The notes beneath the pieces were generated by a model that saw only the letters and a program-made list of their open reading frames with translations, searched no databases and had not been told where the DNA came from. Of a DNA stretch of 64,000 nucleotides, positions 25,417 through 38,044 are shown piece after piece; positions within the stretch are counted from its first letter, which is position 1, and every line of letters begins with the position of its first letter. The position numbers and the translations under genes were made by a program. This DNA is from Chiloscyllium plagiosum. Its lineage: Eukaryota. Location: contig NC_057711.1 in assembly GCF_004010195.1 (NCBI RefSeq), positions 75,144,149 to 75,208,148 of the forward strand. Reading direction: 5' to 3'.

Positions 25417-26180
25417 GTGACTACACTTACACTAACACCTTCCACCCCGACCTCAAATTCACCTGGACAGTCTCGGACTCCTCCCTCCCCTTCCTAGACC
25501 TTTCTGTTTCTATCTCAGACGACCGAATCAACACGGACATCTACTACAAACCGACCGACTCCCACAGCTACCTGGACTACACCTTCAACACGGACATCTA
25601 CTACAAACCAACCGACTCCCACAGCTACCTGGACTACACCTCCTCCCATCCTGCCCCCTGTAAAAACGCCAACCCATTCTCCCAATTCCTTCGTCTCCGC
25701 CGCATCTGCTCCCAGGAGGACCAGTTCAAAATACGTACAACACAGATGGCCTCCTTCTTCAAGGACCGCAATTTCCCCCCCAACGTGGTCGACGGTGCCC
25801 TCCACCGCATCTCCTCCACTTCCCGCTCCTCCGCCCTTGAGCCCCGCCCCTCCAACCGCCACCAGGACAGAACCCCACTGGTCCTCACCTACCACCCCAC
25901 CAATCTCCATGTACAGCGCATCATCCGCCGTCACTTCCGCCACCTCCAAACAGACCCAGCACCAAGGATATATTTCCCTCCCCTCCCCTATCAGCTGTCC
26001 GTAGAGACCACTCCCTCCGCGACTCCCTTGTCAGACCCACACCCCCCACCGACCCAACCACCACTCCCGGCACCTTCCCTTGCAACCGCAGGAGGTGCAA
26101 CACTTGCGCCCACACCTCCCCCCTCACTTCTCTCCAAGGCCCCAAGGGAAACTTCCATATCCGCCACAGATTCACCTGCA
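25417..26180 (+). mobile_element. Internal Penelope-like fragment (RT C-terminus and linker up to the GIY-YIG start) lacking both ends
   Basis: TNTFHPDLKFTW..LPFLDLSV..YYKPTDSHSYLDYTSSHP..SQFLRLRRICS..TPLVLTYHP..PCNRRRCNTC. Confidence 0.93.
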
Positions 26181-26501
26181 CCTGAAAGATTTCACCAAAG
26201 AAATTGGTGAAACCACTTGGGAGACCTTTCCTGTGGTGGGGCTAGGTGAGGGGGAGGAGTGGAAGATGTGTAAATAGTATCAGAAGTGTCAATGGTTGAT
26301 GGGGACTAAGAATCATAGAGTCACAGCACAGCGGGAGACCCTTCAGTCCAACTCGTCCATGTCAACCAGATATCCTAAACTAATTGAGTCCCATTTGCCA
26401 GCATTTGGCCCTTATCCCTCTAAACCATTACTATTCATATACTTATTCAGATGCCTTTTAAATGCGGTCATTGTACCAGCCTCTACTACTTCATCTGGCA
26501 G
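26181..26501 (+). repeat. 321-bp direct duplication, copy 2
   Basis: Matches 25096-25416. Confidence 0.95.
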
Positions 26502-26675
26502 CTCATTCCATACATGCACCTCTGTGTGAAAAAGCTGCCTCTTCTGACTCTTTTAAGTTTTTGCCATTCTCACCCTAAACCTATGCTGTCTAGTTCTGCA
26601 CTCCCCTACCACAGGGCAAAGGCTTATTTATTTACCCTATCCATGCCCATCATGATTTTATAAACCTCTGTAAGG
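26311..26675 (-). mobile_element. CR1 3' end (its distal part is also present in the duplicate at 25226-25416)
   Basis: Reverse complement of the CR1 3' UTR and ORF2 end seen at 4630-5000. Confidence 0.88.
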
Positions 26676-26761
26676 ACTTGTGGGATGTTGTGGAATAAAG
26701 CTAACGAGCAGTTGCTTAACAAGTTATGTCATAGTGACATCAGATCACATGGGACCTGAGA

Positions 26762-28330
26762 TTTTTTTTAAATTCATTCAGGAGTCATGGGCATCCCTGG
26801 ATGAGCCAGCAAATATTGTCTGTCCCTAATTGCCATTTAGGGGGCAGTGATGGTGGTGAGAAGCCTTCTTAAACTGCTGCAGTCCATTTGCAGTAGGTGT
26901 ACCCATAAACCCACAACAAATTCTGAAGATTTCAGTGTTTTGACACTGCGAGACTAAAGTATATTTGCAAATCAGGATGGTGAGTGGCTTAGTGGGGAAC
27001 TTGAGGAGGGTGGTTTTTCTATATATATGTTACTTTTGCCTTTCTAGATGGTAGTGTTCATGGGTTTAGAGGTTGCTGTCTAAGGAGTTTTGGTGAATTG
27101 TTGCTATGCATCTTGTAGATGATACACAGTGCTGCTACTCGGTGGCAGAGGGAGTGAAGTTTTGTGAATGTGGTGCCGATCAAATGGGATACTTTCTCTT
27201 GGATGGTGTCAAGTTTCTTGAGCTGCAATCATTCAGCCAACTGGGAAATATTCCATCACACTCCTTATTTGTCCTGTGGACATGGTGAACACGCATTGAG
27301 AAGTTAGAAAGTCAGATGCTCACAGCAGGATTCCTAGTCTTTTACTGTTGCCACAGAATTTAAATGGTGAGACTGATTCAGTTTCTGGGCAATGGTCATC
27401 CTAAAGGATGTTAATGGTGATACTGGGGAACTCAACAATAATAATGCCATTGAGGGGATAAGGAATGGTCATTTTCAGCACTTGTGTAATGTAAATGTTA
27501 CTTGCTACTAGTCCACCCAAGCCTGAATATTGTCAGGTCTTGCTGAATTTGGACATGGACTACTTCAGTATCTGAGGAATCGTGAAGGGTGTTGAACATT
27601 GAGCAACTATCAGTGAACAACCACAGTTGGGATCTTATGATGTGATGGGAGTCACTGGGAAAGCAGGTTGTGCCTAAGTCACTATCTTGAGGAACTGCAG
27701 CCTTTGAGCTGGAATGGATGATCTCTAACAACCATAATTATCTTCCTTCATGTTAGTTATGACTCCAACTGGAGAAAAGCTTTCAACCTGATTTACATTA
27801 TCTCTGGGTTTGCTGAGCTCCTTGATGTCATACCTGGTCAAATGTGGCTTTGATACCAAGGGTAGTCACTCTAACCTAGGCTCTAGGGGTCAACATTTTT
27901 ATCCATGTTTGAACCAAGGCCTTAATAAGTCTAGGTGGAACTGAGTATTGATTTACTGATAAGGAAGTGCTGTTGATAATCTCTTCCTTATGATGAAGAA
28001 CAGACTTTTGGAGAAGTAATTAGCAGGATTGGATTTATCCTGCCCTTGGTATTCAGAAGATGCCTGAGCAATTTTCAACATTGCCACTTAGATGTCAGTG
28101 TTGTACTGTATTGAAGTAGCTTGGATTGGGGCATGGCAAGTTGCGGAGCTCAAGTCTTCAATACTAATGCTAGAATATTTTCAGAGCTCACAGCCTTTGT
28201 AGTATCCAGTGCCTTCAGCCATTCCTTGTTATCATCTACAGTGAATAAAATAGGCTGAAGATTGGTATCTGTGCTGAAGTAGGGGGTGTAAGAACATGCA
28301 TTCTCCTGGATTACAGACTTGGGCATGATG
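26762..28330 (-). mobile_element. Old L2/CR1-group LINE, RT to 3' tail
   Basis: LKALDTTKAVSSENILALVLKT; AVPQDSDLG..LFTDSC..QIQQDL; 3' tail ending at a T run at 26762. Confidence 0.8.
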
Positions 28331-28384
28331 CAGAATTCCATTGTCTATACCCTTTTCAGCTGCCACATGTAAATTCTAATCCCA

Positions 28385-28685
28385 TAATATCCAATGCTCA
28401 TCTTTGTTTTCAATTCCCTCAAAAAACCTGGCCCCCTTGTCTATCTCTGTAATCTCTTCTAATCTTACAATCCACCTGAGACTTATGTGCCATCCAATTC
28501 TAAATGTTTGAGTTCCCTCAGTTTTGATTCGCCTTCTCCCATTAGTAGCTTTGTCTGCAGCTGCCCAGGCGCTATACTCTAGAATTCTATTCCTAAACCT
28601 CTCTGCCTCTCTATATCTGTTCTTCTTTAAGACATTTCTTACCATACTGTATTTCTCAGTCCAAACTTCTGGCCATCTGCTCAAA
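28385..28685 (+). mobile_element. L2 LINE 3' fragment
   Basis: Degenerate LIFVFNSLKNLAP.YLCNL..NSIPKPLCLS..FKTFL motif; a similar scrap lies at 56190-56310. Confidence 0.65.
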
Positions 28686-28933
28686 TGTTGTCAAATGGTA
28701 GAGATTCCAAACCAGGCCTCACAGTTGTATGACATCACAGCATGTGGCATTGAAGTATAAATTTACTTGTCTCATGAGTACTCACTCCCTTTGTCATTTC
28801 AGTCAGTGTGCAGTCAGTCAATTAGATGTAAGCAACGTACAATAACATCAGTGAGTACAGAACCCAGACTATGTATATCGAATAGGAAATAGTTAGTGTA
28901 ATTAATAAACAGCAAGACATCTGTCTCAACAAC
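28686..28933 (+). mobile_element. Candidate solo LTR
   Basis: TGTTG...CAACA termini, TATAAA near 28756, AATAAA near 28904; no TSD found. Confidence 0.45.
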
Positions 28934-28994
28934 ATATCTGCTCTCTGCAGTATGCAGACTGCCGTATACAAACGTTCACACAGAACATCAGCTC

Positions 28995-29197
28995 AAAGCA
29001 AAGATAGAGAATGCTGGAGAAACTCTGCAGGTCTGGTAGCATTTGTGGAAAGAGAAACAGGTTTAGTATGATAATTCTTCCATTCTGACTTGAAACATTG
29101 ACATTGTTTCTCTCTCCACAGATGTTGCTAGACTTGCTGAGTTTCTCCAGCAATCTCTGCATTTGTTTCAGATTTCCAGCATCCACATTTTGCCTTC
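28995..29197. mobile_element. Inverted pair of PLE terminal fragments (degraded hairpin)
   Basis: gctggagaaactctgcaggtctggtagcatttgtgga is mirrored by tccacagatgttgctagacttgctgagtttctccagc. Confidence 0.75.
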
Positions 29198-29991
29198 AAA
29201 AGAGTTCAGTATCAAATTTGACTTTATAATGCTATGTAGCACTTTGGGGTATTTTGATGTATTAAAGATATCACACACATAATTCTGCCAGCCTTCCCCC
29301 CCACCATCCCCACTACCTCCAAGAATGTGGTAAAAATAATGGTGTGATGATTAACCAGACCAGAGTCCAAAAAATCAGATTCTCACTGTTGAGTTAAACA
29401 GTCGCAGTTAAATCCTTTCTCCTTAGATGGGAAGATCAAATTCTGACTTATTTGCTTATTTGCAAATAAAAGCCTCTTGCATTTATTTGCTTCTGATTAA
29501 TAACTTGCCTGATTAACTTACTCTTCTTAATGTCAAGTAACCCAGTGCTTTCAGAACTCAACGATGAAAGTGAAGTGTGTACCTTTAAATTGGTTCCAAC
29601 TGTCTCCAGTCTGCTTGAGTTTGTGGCTCCGTTGGCCATCTTCCTTCTTTTACTTTCGGAAGCAGCTGCAACAGGTACCTACAAGCTCAATGAGCATGGT
29701 GTCTCCCAGGATATTCCATCCAAACAACTAGCAATGGCGATGCAGCAGCCCCAGAATGTCAGGTTACCGCTTATGGTTAGGCTGAAGAAGCACTTCTCTC
29801 AAAACTAGATGTTGTGGCAGACTCAGAAAGTAGTCCTTAGATTTGAGGTGGACTAGCCGAGAGGGCAAGACAGCCAGCTTCTGGCTCAGAGGAAAATCTG
29901 TAGCACAGAGGGAAATGCAGGCTATTTGCGGGAGTAGGAGACAATGAAAAGTACATGGGGTGGTGTAACACTGTATGACATGGTGCTACAT

Positions 29992-30336
29992 CATAGAATA
30001 GAATCCCTACAGTGTGGAAACAGGCCATTTGACCCAACAAGTCCACACCAACTCTCTAAAGAGCATCCAACCCAGACTCACCTCCCCCCGCTCATCCCTG
30101 TAACCCTACATTTCACATGGCTAATCCACCTAACCTACACATCCCTGGATATTATGGGCATTTTAGCATGGTCAATCCACCTAAACTGCACTTTGGACTG
30201 TGGGAGGAAACTGGAGCACCCGGACAAGGGGAGAAAGTACAACCTCCACACAGACAGTTGCCTGAAGCTAGAATTGAACCTCGGTCCCTGATGCTGTGAG
30301 GCAGCAGTGCTTACCACAGAGCCAATGTGCCACCCC
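29992..30336 (-). mobile_element. HE1-like tRNA-derived SINE, full length, older copy
   Basis: tRNA head with GGTTCAATTC B box, conserved core and CR1-derived tail; homologous to 59424-59736. Confidence 0.88.
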
Positions 30337-31624
30337 AATGTCAGAGGGGTGACCTGTGCCAAGCAGTTGACATGGTGAACATACTGCATGAACTTGAAGA
30401 GAATAAAGATACGTGAAAGTCAAAGGAGATGGAATTCCAGTCAATCAGGGCACATCGCCACAATCAGTTTAGGGGCCAGGCCATTTCTTGTCCAGAAGAT
30501 TTGCCACAGTCAGTCACAGGATTGGTCCAATGCAAGCTCATATTTCCAGGCCAGTGGAGTTCAGGGATTGGGCCATGGGCAAGCAAAAGCAGTCCAGACG
30601 TTGCATGCCAATCAGTCTAGGTGCACTTACAATCTAAGCCAGGGAGAGGACACCCAGTGGTCAGTCCAACAGTCCTGTCAAATGTGTCCAGGTGGTTGGG
30701 TCATGGTTAGTCTGGGATGACACAATATAGGGGCTTTTCAGGGGTCAGTCGACAGTGTCATTAAGTCCATGGGCTATTTAAATCCAGTAATGGATCTCAT
30801 TGTACTAAGTTGCTGCAGGAGTAGTTACATCATTGAGGGTAATTACGGATAGAAGGATGGGACCTGGTTATGTATCAGAGAGTCTGTACTGATTAATCTA
30901 TGCTAGTCATTTTTCAGAATATCTAAGACTGAAATGCATTAACAAGATAATCAATAGGACCATATTGTGCCCATTGATTATCAACTTATAATCTTTAAGA
31001 TCAACAAAATTCACTGGGTTAGGTTTCCCTTAGTCACAACCTCATCTTCCCAGTTGGCCAAAGCATACAGTCCCAATGACTGCAAAGCAATGCTTTATAG
31101 CTGTTATATCTTTACACACAACAGTGGCCCTGTTAGAACACATCTTCTGAAGTAGATGGAGTTGTTGCCTAATACCAAGGAAACATGAATACTTTGTTGG
31201 TCCACCTTATATGAGGTCAGGATACATTCGTCTAGTTACACAGTACAATCCATGAGAGAATAGCATTTAGTCTCATTGCAAAGGACTTCAGTGCTCAGGC
31301 ATGCCTTTAGTAACACTCATATAATCTCTGTTACTTTTCTCACAGGTCTGCTTCACGTCAGGAATGAATGACTGAAGTCAAAGCAGCTGCTGTTCTGTTG
31401 CTGCTGCTAATCTGAAAGAACAGACACAGACAACAGCACAGGGAACACCTTCTCCAGGTCCAACACAAACAGCTGCCACTGCTAACTGCTGCACAGCATC
31501 CAGTGGGAGAAGCAGCAGGACAAGATCCACCAAGGGGGAGGAGGAGAGTTCGGATACAGAAGCAGATCCACAGAGTTAAGTGCAGCTTTCTGCAAGTGAC
31601 TGAGGCCCAGAACAGAAGAAGATG

Positions 31625-32085
31625 AAGGATGTCTTGAGAACTCGTGTCATACTTATTTCAGCTGCTGGATGAGAAGCTGTGCTCACATGGACCAGGTGAG
31701 GATCATATCCCCACAGTCCTGAAGATTACATCTGTCTTCAATGTTTTTGCAAGGGCATCATTTCAGGGAACAATTTGGGACGTGTGTAGCATTCCACAGT
31801 CCACTGCCCACACAAGGATGGTTAGTGGGTGACAAAGAATACTCCCTCCAAAGCTGGCTCATAGAAACTCTAAGAAATCCTCAGACTACTGCAGAGCCTT
31901 GGTACAATGCTGTCCGCACTCCAACCATGTCATTGTGGATCAGACTCTAGGTCTTATGAAGGGAAGGGTCTGATGCCTGGACGGTTCAGCGTGCTGTGCA
32001 ATATACCCAGACAGGATATCCTGCATCATAGTGCTGTGCTGTGCTGTACCTTCTACAATCTGAGGCAACAAAAGGGGAAACATGC
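31625..32085 (+). pseudogene. PIF/Harbinger DDE transposase relic (HARBI1-like) with an internal deletion
   Basis: LVSYLFQLL..LKITSVFNVFARASFQGTIWDVCSIPQSTAH, then GWLVGDKEYSLQSWL..RNPQTTAEPWYN and IIVLCC..YNL. Confidence 0.82.
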
Positions 32086-32169
32086 AGAATGAGGAGGAGA
32101 TGTAGAAGTGAGAGAAATTCTCCATGGATGAGGGTGAGGATCCTGAGATGTGCCAGAATGATTGTCCTT

Positions 32170-32340
32170 TGAATGGACCTTTCATATATTAAAGTTGATC
32201 TTTCTCTGGACCTTCTTTGTAGCTGTAACACTTTATTCTGCATTCTGTTCTATCACCCTGTTGTATGGTATAATTTGCATGGACACCACACAAATAATAC
32301 TTTTCATTGTCTCTCGATACATGTGACAATAATAAATCAA
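32170..32340 (+). mobile_element. Rex1/Babar-like LINE 3' UTR
   Basis: Ends in cttttcattgtctctcgatacatgtgacaataataaatcaa, which I recall as typical of this family's 3' end. Confidence 0.6.
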
Positions 32341-32658
32341 AGAGAGGAAAGCAGAGTAGTGCTCCACAGAGCTCAGGAGGCTGGAGAGCATCTTCTAATC
32401 ACCTGTTTCCAGGATGACAGAGCTGGGTAGAGATCTTCTATTTGTTAACTATAATTTCAGTTGAGCAGTTTGCAGACAGCTCTCTGCTTGGTGTATTACA
32501 CATTTCTCATGGATAAGTTGCTGAATCAGTTTGTTCCTCTTTTCAGCAAAGTGGTAAGTTTTTATTTTTCAAGTGTGCACCTCTGTGAAAGCCAAAGTGC
32601 ATATGCAACCCTTTTGTTAATCCAGCATTACAATATGCTTTGTCGCAATGACATATGA

Positions 32659-35007
32659 TTCTGGATTAGTGGTGCTGGAAGAGCACAGCAGTTCAGGCAG
32701 CCTCCGAGGAGCAGCGAAATCGACATTTCGGGCAAAAGCCCTTCACCAGGAATAAAGGCAGTGAGCCTGAAGCGTGGAGAGATAAGCTAGAGGAGGGTGG
32801 GGGTGGGGAGAAAGTAGCATAGAGTACAATAGATGAGTGGGGGAGGGGATGAAGGTGATAGGTCAGGGAGGAGAGGGTGGAGTGGATAGGTGAAAAAGAA
32901 GATAGGCAGGTAGGACAAGCCCGGACAAGTCATGGGGACAGTGCTGAGCTGGAAGTTTGGAACTAGGGTGAGGTGGGGGAAGGNNNNNNNNNNNNNNNNN
33001 NNNNNNNNNNNNNNNNNNNNNNNNNNNNNNNNNNNNNNNNNNNNNNNNNNNNNNNNNNNNNNNNNNNNNNNNNNNNNNNNNNNNNNNNNNNNNNNNNNNN
33101 NNNNNNNNNNNNNNNNNNNNNNNNNNNNNNNNNNNNNNNNNNNNNNNNNNNNNNNNNNNNNNNNNNNNNNNNNNNNNNNNNNNNNNNNNNNNNNNNNNNN
33201 NNNNNNNNNNNNNNNNNNNNNNNNNNNNNNNNNNNNNNNNNNNNNNNNNNNNNNNNNNNNNNNNNNNNNNNNNNNNNNNNNNNNNNNNNNNNNNNNNNNN
33301 NNNNNNNNNNNNNNNNNNNNNNNNNNNNNNNNNNNNNNNNNNNNNNNNNNNNNNNNNNNNNNNNNNNNNNNNNNNNNNNNNNNNNNNNNNNNNNNNNNNN
33401 NNNNNNNNNNNNNNNNNNNNNNNNNNNNNNNNNNNNNNNNNNNNNNNNNNNNNNNNNNNNNNNNNNNNNNNNNNNNNNNNNNNNNNNNNNNNNNNNNNNN
33501 NNNNNNNNNNNNNNNNNNNNNNNNNNNNNNNNNNNNNNNNNNNNNNNNNNNNNNNNNNNNNNNNNNNNNNNNNNNNNNNNNNNNNNNNNNNNNNNNNNNN
33601 NNNNNNNNNNNNNNNNNNNNNNNNNNNNNNNNNNNNNNNNNNNNNNNNNNNNNNNNNNNNNNNNNNNNNNNNNNNATGGAGATGGAGAGGTCCAGGAAGG
33701 GGAGGGAGTTGTCAGAGATGGTCCAGGTAAATTTAAGATCAGGGTGGAATGTGTTGGTGAAGTTGATGAATTGCTCAACCTCCTCGTGGGAGCACGAGGT
33801 GGCGCCAATGCAGTCATCAATATAACGGAGAAAGGGGTAGTGCCAGTGTAATTACAGAAGATCAACTGCTCTACGTAGCCAACAAAGAGACAGGCATAGC
33901 TGGGGCCCAAGGCTACCCCTTTGGTCTGGAGGGAGGATTCAAAGGAGAAATTGTTAAGGGTGAGGACCAGTTCGGCCAAACGAATAGGAGTGTTGGTGGA
34001 AGGTACTGTTGGAGACATCTGGTGAGGAAAAAACTGAGGGCTTGGAGGCACTGGTCATGGCAGATGCACCTCTTTCTCCGATCCCACGAGGACCAGTTCC
34101 ACCACAGAACACACCAGATGGCCTCCTTCTTTAGAGACCGCAATTTCCCTTCCCACGTGGTTAAAGATGCCTTCCAATGCATCTTGTCCACATCCCGCAC
34201 CTCAGCCCTCAGACTCCACCCCTCCAACAGTAATAAGGACAGAACGCCCCTAGTGCTCACCTTCCACCCTACCAACCTTCGCATAAACCAAATTATCTGC
34301 CGACATTTCCGCCACCTCCAAAAAGACCCCACCACCAGGGATATATTTCCCTCCCCACCCCTTTCCGCCTTCCACAAAGACCATCCATCCGTGACTACCT
34401 GGTTAGGTCCACGCCCTCCCCTACAACCCACCCTCCCATCCTGGCACCTTCCCCTGCCACCGCAGGAACTGTAAAACCTGCGCCCACACCTCCTCCCTCA
34501 CCTCTATCCAAGGCCCTAAAGGAGCCTTCCACATCCATCAAAGTTTTACTTGCACATCCACTAATATCATTTATTGTATCCGTTGCTCCCGATGCGGTCT
34601 CCTCTACATTGGGGCAACTGGGCGCCTCCTAGCAGAGCGCTTTTGGGAACATCTCCGGGACACTCGCACCAATCAACCACACCGCCCCGTGGCCCAACAT
34701 TTTAACTCCCCCTCCCACTCTGCCGAGGACATGGAGGTCCTGGGCCTCCTTCACCGCNNNNNNNNNNNNNNNNNNNNNNNNNNNNNNNNNNNNNNNNNNN
34801 NNNNNNNNNNNNNNNNNNNNNNNNNNNNNNNNNNNNNNNNNNNCTTATCTCTCCACGCTTCAGGCTCACTGCTTTTATTCCTAATGAAGGGCTTTTGCCC
34901 GAAATGTCGATTTCGCTGTTCCTCGGATGCTGCCTGAACTGCTGTGCTCTTCCAGCACCACTAATCCAGAATCTGGTTTCCAGCATCTGCAGTCGTTGTT
35001 TTTACCT
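32659..35007. mobile_element. Penelope-like element with head-to-head inverted structure and 13-bp TSD
   Basis: Left arm is minus strand (RT motifs LTLNNFSF, GPSYACLFVG, FLRYIDD to the 3' end); right arm is plus strand (linker, IIYCIRCSRCGLLYIG GIY-YIG, 3' end); caatgacatatga at 32646-32658 and 35008-35020. Confidence 0.93.
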
Positions 35008-35339
35008 CAATGACATATGAGTCACATCAGACAGTACACTCCTCATGAGTTCTGCCAAGTTTTCATACAGCCTGGTAATGCTTCTTATGGGTGTCTCTCC
35101 ATCATTATCCTTTCAATGCTGCGGAATGTTATTAACTTTCCCTATACATATGCAATGCCTGAACATTTTCAGTGTTAGTGCTTCAAATGCAATGGGCTGT
35201 GACTTTTGCATCTGTTTCCTCCAGAGCATGGCACAGTGAGGGAAGTTGAGCATGAGTTGCCCACTGGCCATATCCTAGCCTTTAATGTTACAGTATTCCT
35301 TTGAGAAGTTCAGAATAATCTTTACTATCAAAAAAATAA

Positions 35340-35435
35340 TTTTGTTTCTCTTCCCACAGATGCTGCCAGACCTGCTGAGTTTTTCTAGTATTTTTATTTT
35401 CTTAATTTCAGATTTCCAGCATTTGTAGCATTTTG
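35340..35435 (+). mobile_element. PLE terminal fragment (second family); a further copy lies at 42890-42978 (-)
   Basis: cacagatgctgccagacctgctgagtttttctag..ttcagatttccagcatttg. Confidence 0.7.
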
Positions 35436-35847
35436 TTCTTATAAGTTTGAAATGTGTGGCAGCATCATAAAATTCTCCATTTCTCGCAGATGGATGCTGA
35501 CTGAATTGGACATCCCAGGTCCTAGCTCCGCTGCTACAGATCACATGTAGCCACAGTGTCCCTGACAATAAGCCATCTGTATTGCCTTGGCTGCAATCCT
35601 AACTTTTAGGTTTTGGTGCCCTGATAGATGAGGCTGTTTGTAGTTACTGACTTTGTTGATTATAAGAGAGGAACCTATGTTTGACAATTTCAATGCAGCA
35701 CATCCTTTCACCTTCTTTCATTTAATGTACTCCTACAGCAGCAATAAGACTACTGCAGATGTTAGGACAATGCCAGTGAATATATATTTCCAAAAGAGCT
35801 GCCCTCTTTACACAATGATTGGAAGCCTATTCCACTGATGTGCCTTC

Positions 35848-36176
35848 ATTACAGTACAGTACAGGCCCTTCGGCCTTAAATGTTGCACCGACCTATGAAA
35901 CCAATCTGAAGCCTATCTATCCTAAATTATTCCATTTTCATCCATGTTTATCCAATGACCATTTAAATGCCCTTAAAGTTGGTGAGTCGATTACTGTTGC
36001 AGGCAGTGTGTTCCACACCCCTAGTAGTCTCTGATAAAGAAACTACCTTTGACATCTGTCCTATATCTATCATCCTTCAATTTAAAGCTATGTCCCCTCT
36101 TGCTAGCCATCAATATTCGAGGAAAAAGGCTCTCACTGTCCACCCACTCTAACCCTCTGATTATCTTATATGTCTA
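35848..36176 (-). mobile_element. CR1 3' end fragment
   Basis: Close homologue of 57055-57375. Confidence 0.88.
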
Positions 36177-37986
36177 GATGTGAGCCCAATTCCCCAGTTG
36201 GGGTGGAGGGACCTTGCTGTTTGGTGTGCCCTGGTGGCTTTGAAGATGTGGGCGGACATTCCCTGGAGCCTTTGAGTTTACAAGGTCCCAGTTTGCTGAG
36301 AGTCTACTGCTAGATGCATGCTCACATTCCAATGTGATCTGCAGCAAGCAATGGGATCATTGACATGGGGAGAAGTAGAGAGTCCTGAAGAAGTTTCTTG
36401 GATGCTTGCCTGCTTCTCCTAATCCCTGTGAGTGCCTGCTGGCCCCACCCTGTCTCCTTGAGAAGAAAGGCACCTGGAGTGAAGGGACATTTCTTATTCC
36501 CCACCCCCAACCCCAGCACTCTTTTGCCATCAATGATGAACATCCATGGGTAAGTCAATGCAGTACAGATCCATGCACATAGATGGCAGTGAGCATTGTG
36601 CTAGCCATGGGGCTCCAAGGCAACACCCATCTTTTCAATGAAGGCTGACAGGCTGGAGCTACCACAAAAGTGAGAACATAGAAGGATTCCTTTGCCTTTC
36701 TTTCCAGCCTGCCAGGGACCTCTGACATAACTGCCTGATGTTCCCATGCATGTCTCTGCAGATGTCCCCATGCCTGCGTACAGAGGCTTGCATGGGCCTG
36801 AGGATGTGTCTGGTCTCCAGCAATCCTCTGAGTATCAAAGATCTGACACAGTTCTTCTTCCACTGGCTGTGGACACATCAGTGCTGTGCTGACCACATAC
36901 TGCCCTTCAGTTTAATCCAAATGCCAGATCATTCTTTAATGTCTTGGATTAAACTTATAATGGCGGAACGCAAAGTAAGAGTTGTGTCATTGCTATAGAC
37001 TGTGCCAACATGGATGGCACTGAATAGTGCTGCTTATCAAATAGGAAAGTCTAAGAAGTCAAGTTGCTTTGATGTTATGAGGCTAACAAAGCCACATGGA
37101 TAACTTCCAATATTGGTGTGTTGAGGTTAGCAGTTTGCCAATGCTGATGTGCAAGGACAAAGGGTTCAGGAAGATTGTGACTTCTGACCACAGAGGAACA
37201 TTGAGCTGCACATATGAATAGATGCTAGGCAGTAGAAGCATTCAGTTAGCTTCAGTTGCTAGGTACCTGCTCTGACTTTTAAGTTGAATCTGCGCGTACA
37301 GTTTCTTGGAGAAAGAAGGGAGAATTGTCAGTGGTGTATAAGTAAAGTGAGTTGGGCTAATAATGAGATGAAAATCCATGGAATAGAGGTAGTCACTCAA
37401 TAGTGAAATTCTGAAATCACTTTTGAAAGCTAAAGAAGAAAATTACAAGCCATTTCCTCAACACTAAGATTCTGTATTTTTTTTCATTCTCATCCCATTT
37501 TCTCAACTTTGCCTATATTATACAAGAGAAGGGAAAATTCAGACCCATGATGATATTTCTCAACCAAGATATAGTGAGGTACTCATGTATATAATGCACA
37601 ATTCATTCTTGAAAAGGATCAGCTGAAGTGGAACCTCATGTATAGGTACTTTTACAGAATTGTGTTCATTACCTCACTATCACAATTCCCTTATACTAAT
37701 CTTTCCATTTTTACATTCTCCACAAAAAGTACCAGAGAAATCACATTGTAATTAAAGGCTGCTATACTATTGATTAGCAACATAATGGCATTAAAGGAGC
37801 TATTGAAGTTATCCAGTCTGTAAAAAAATATCGGCAGCTGATTTTTCAAGGTGACACAATAACAACTTCCATCCCCTTACCCCCCTCCCCCTCCACCTTC
37901 AGGGGCTTTTGGCAGTTCTTTCTAAGGTAATTTTTGTGAAGAAATTGGTTGTGTCACAGATGGCATATTTTTGTAACATTCCCTAG

Positions 37987-38044
37987 TGTATCTTGTTCTG
38001 CCAAAGGGATCTCAGGCACCTTGGCAGCGTCTTTGAAATTCCAG
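37987..38044 (+). CDS. Candidate orphan exon VSCSAKGISGTLAASLKFQ
   Basis: ccctag acceptor and strong CAG|gtaagg donor; phase 0 is compatible with the next candidate exon. Confidence 0.25.

Noticed and set aside
29580..29639. MANGATNSSRLETVGTNLK followed by AAG|gtacac as a first exon
   Set aside because: Weak donor, no partner exon found, and the surroundings look like decayed transposon sequence.
34880..34908. Hammerhead motifs at 34881 (+), 32722-32749 (-) and 55696 (+) as functional ribozymes
   Set aside because: Core substitutions (CTAATGA, CTGGTGA, CAGATGA) alter conserved catalytic-core positions.
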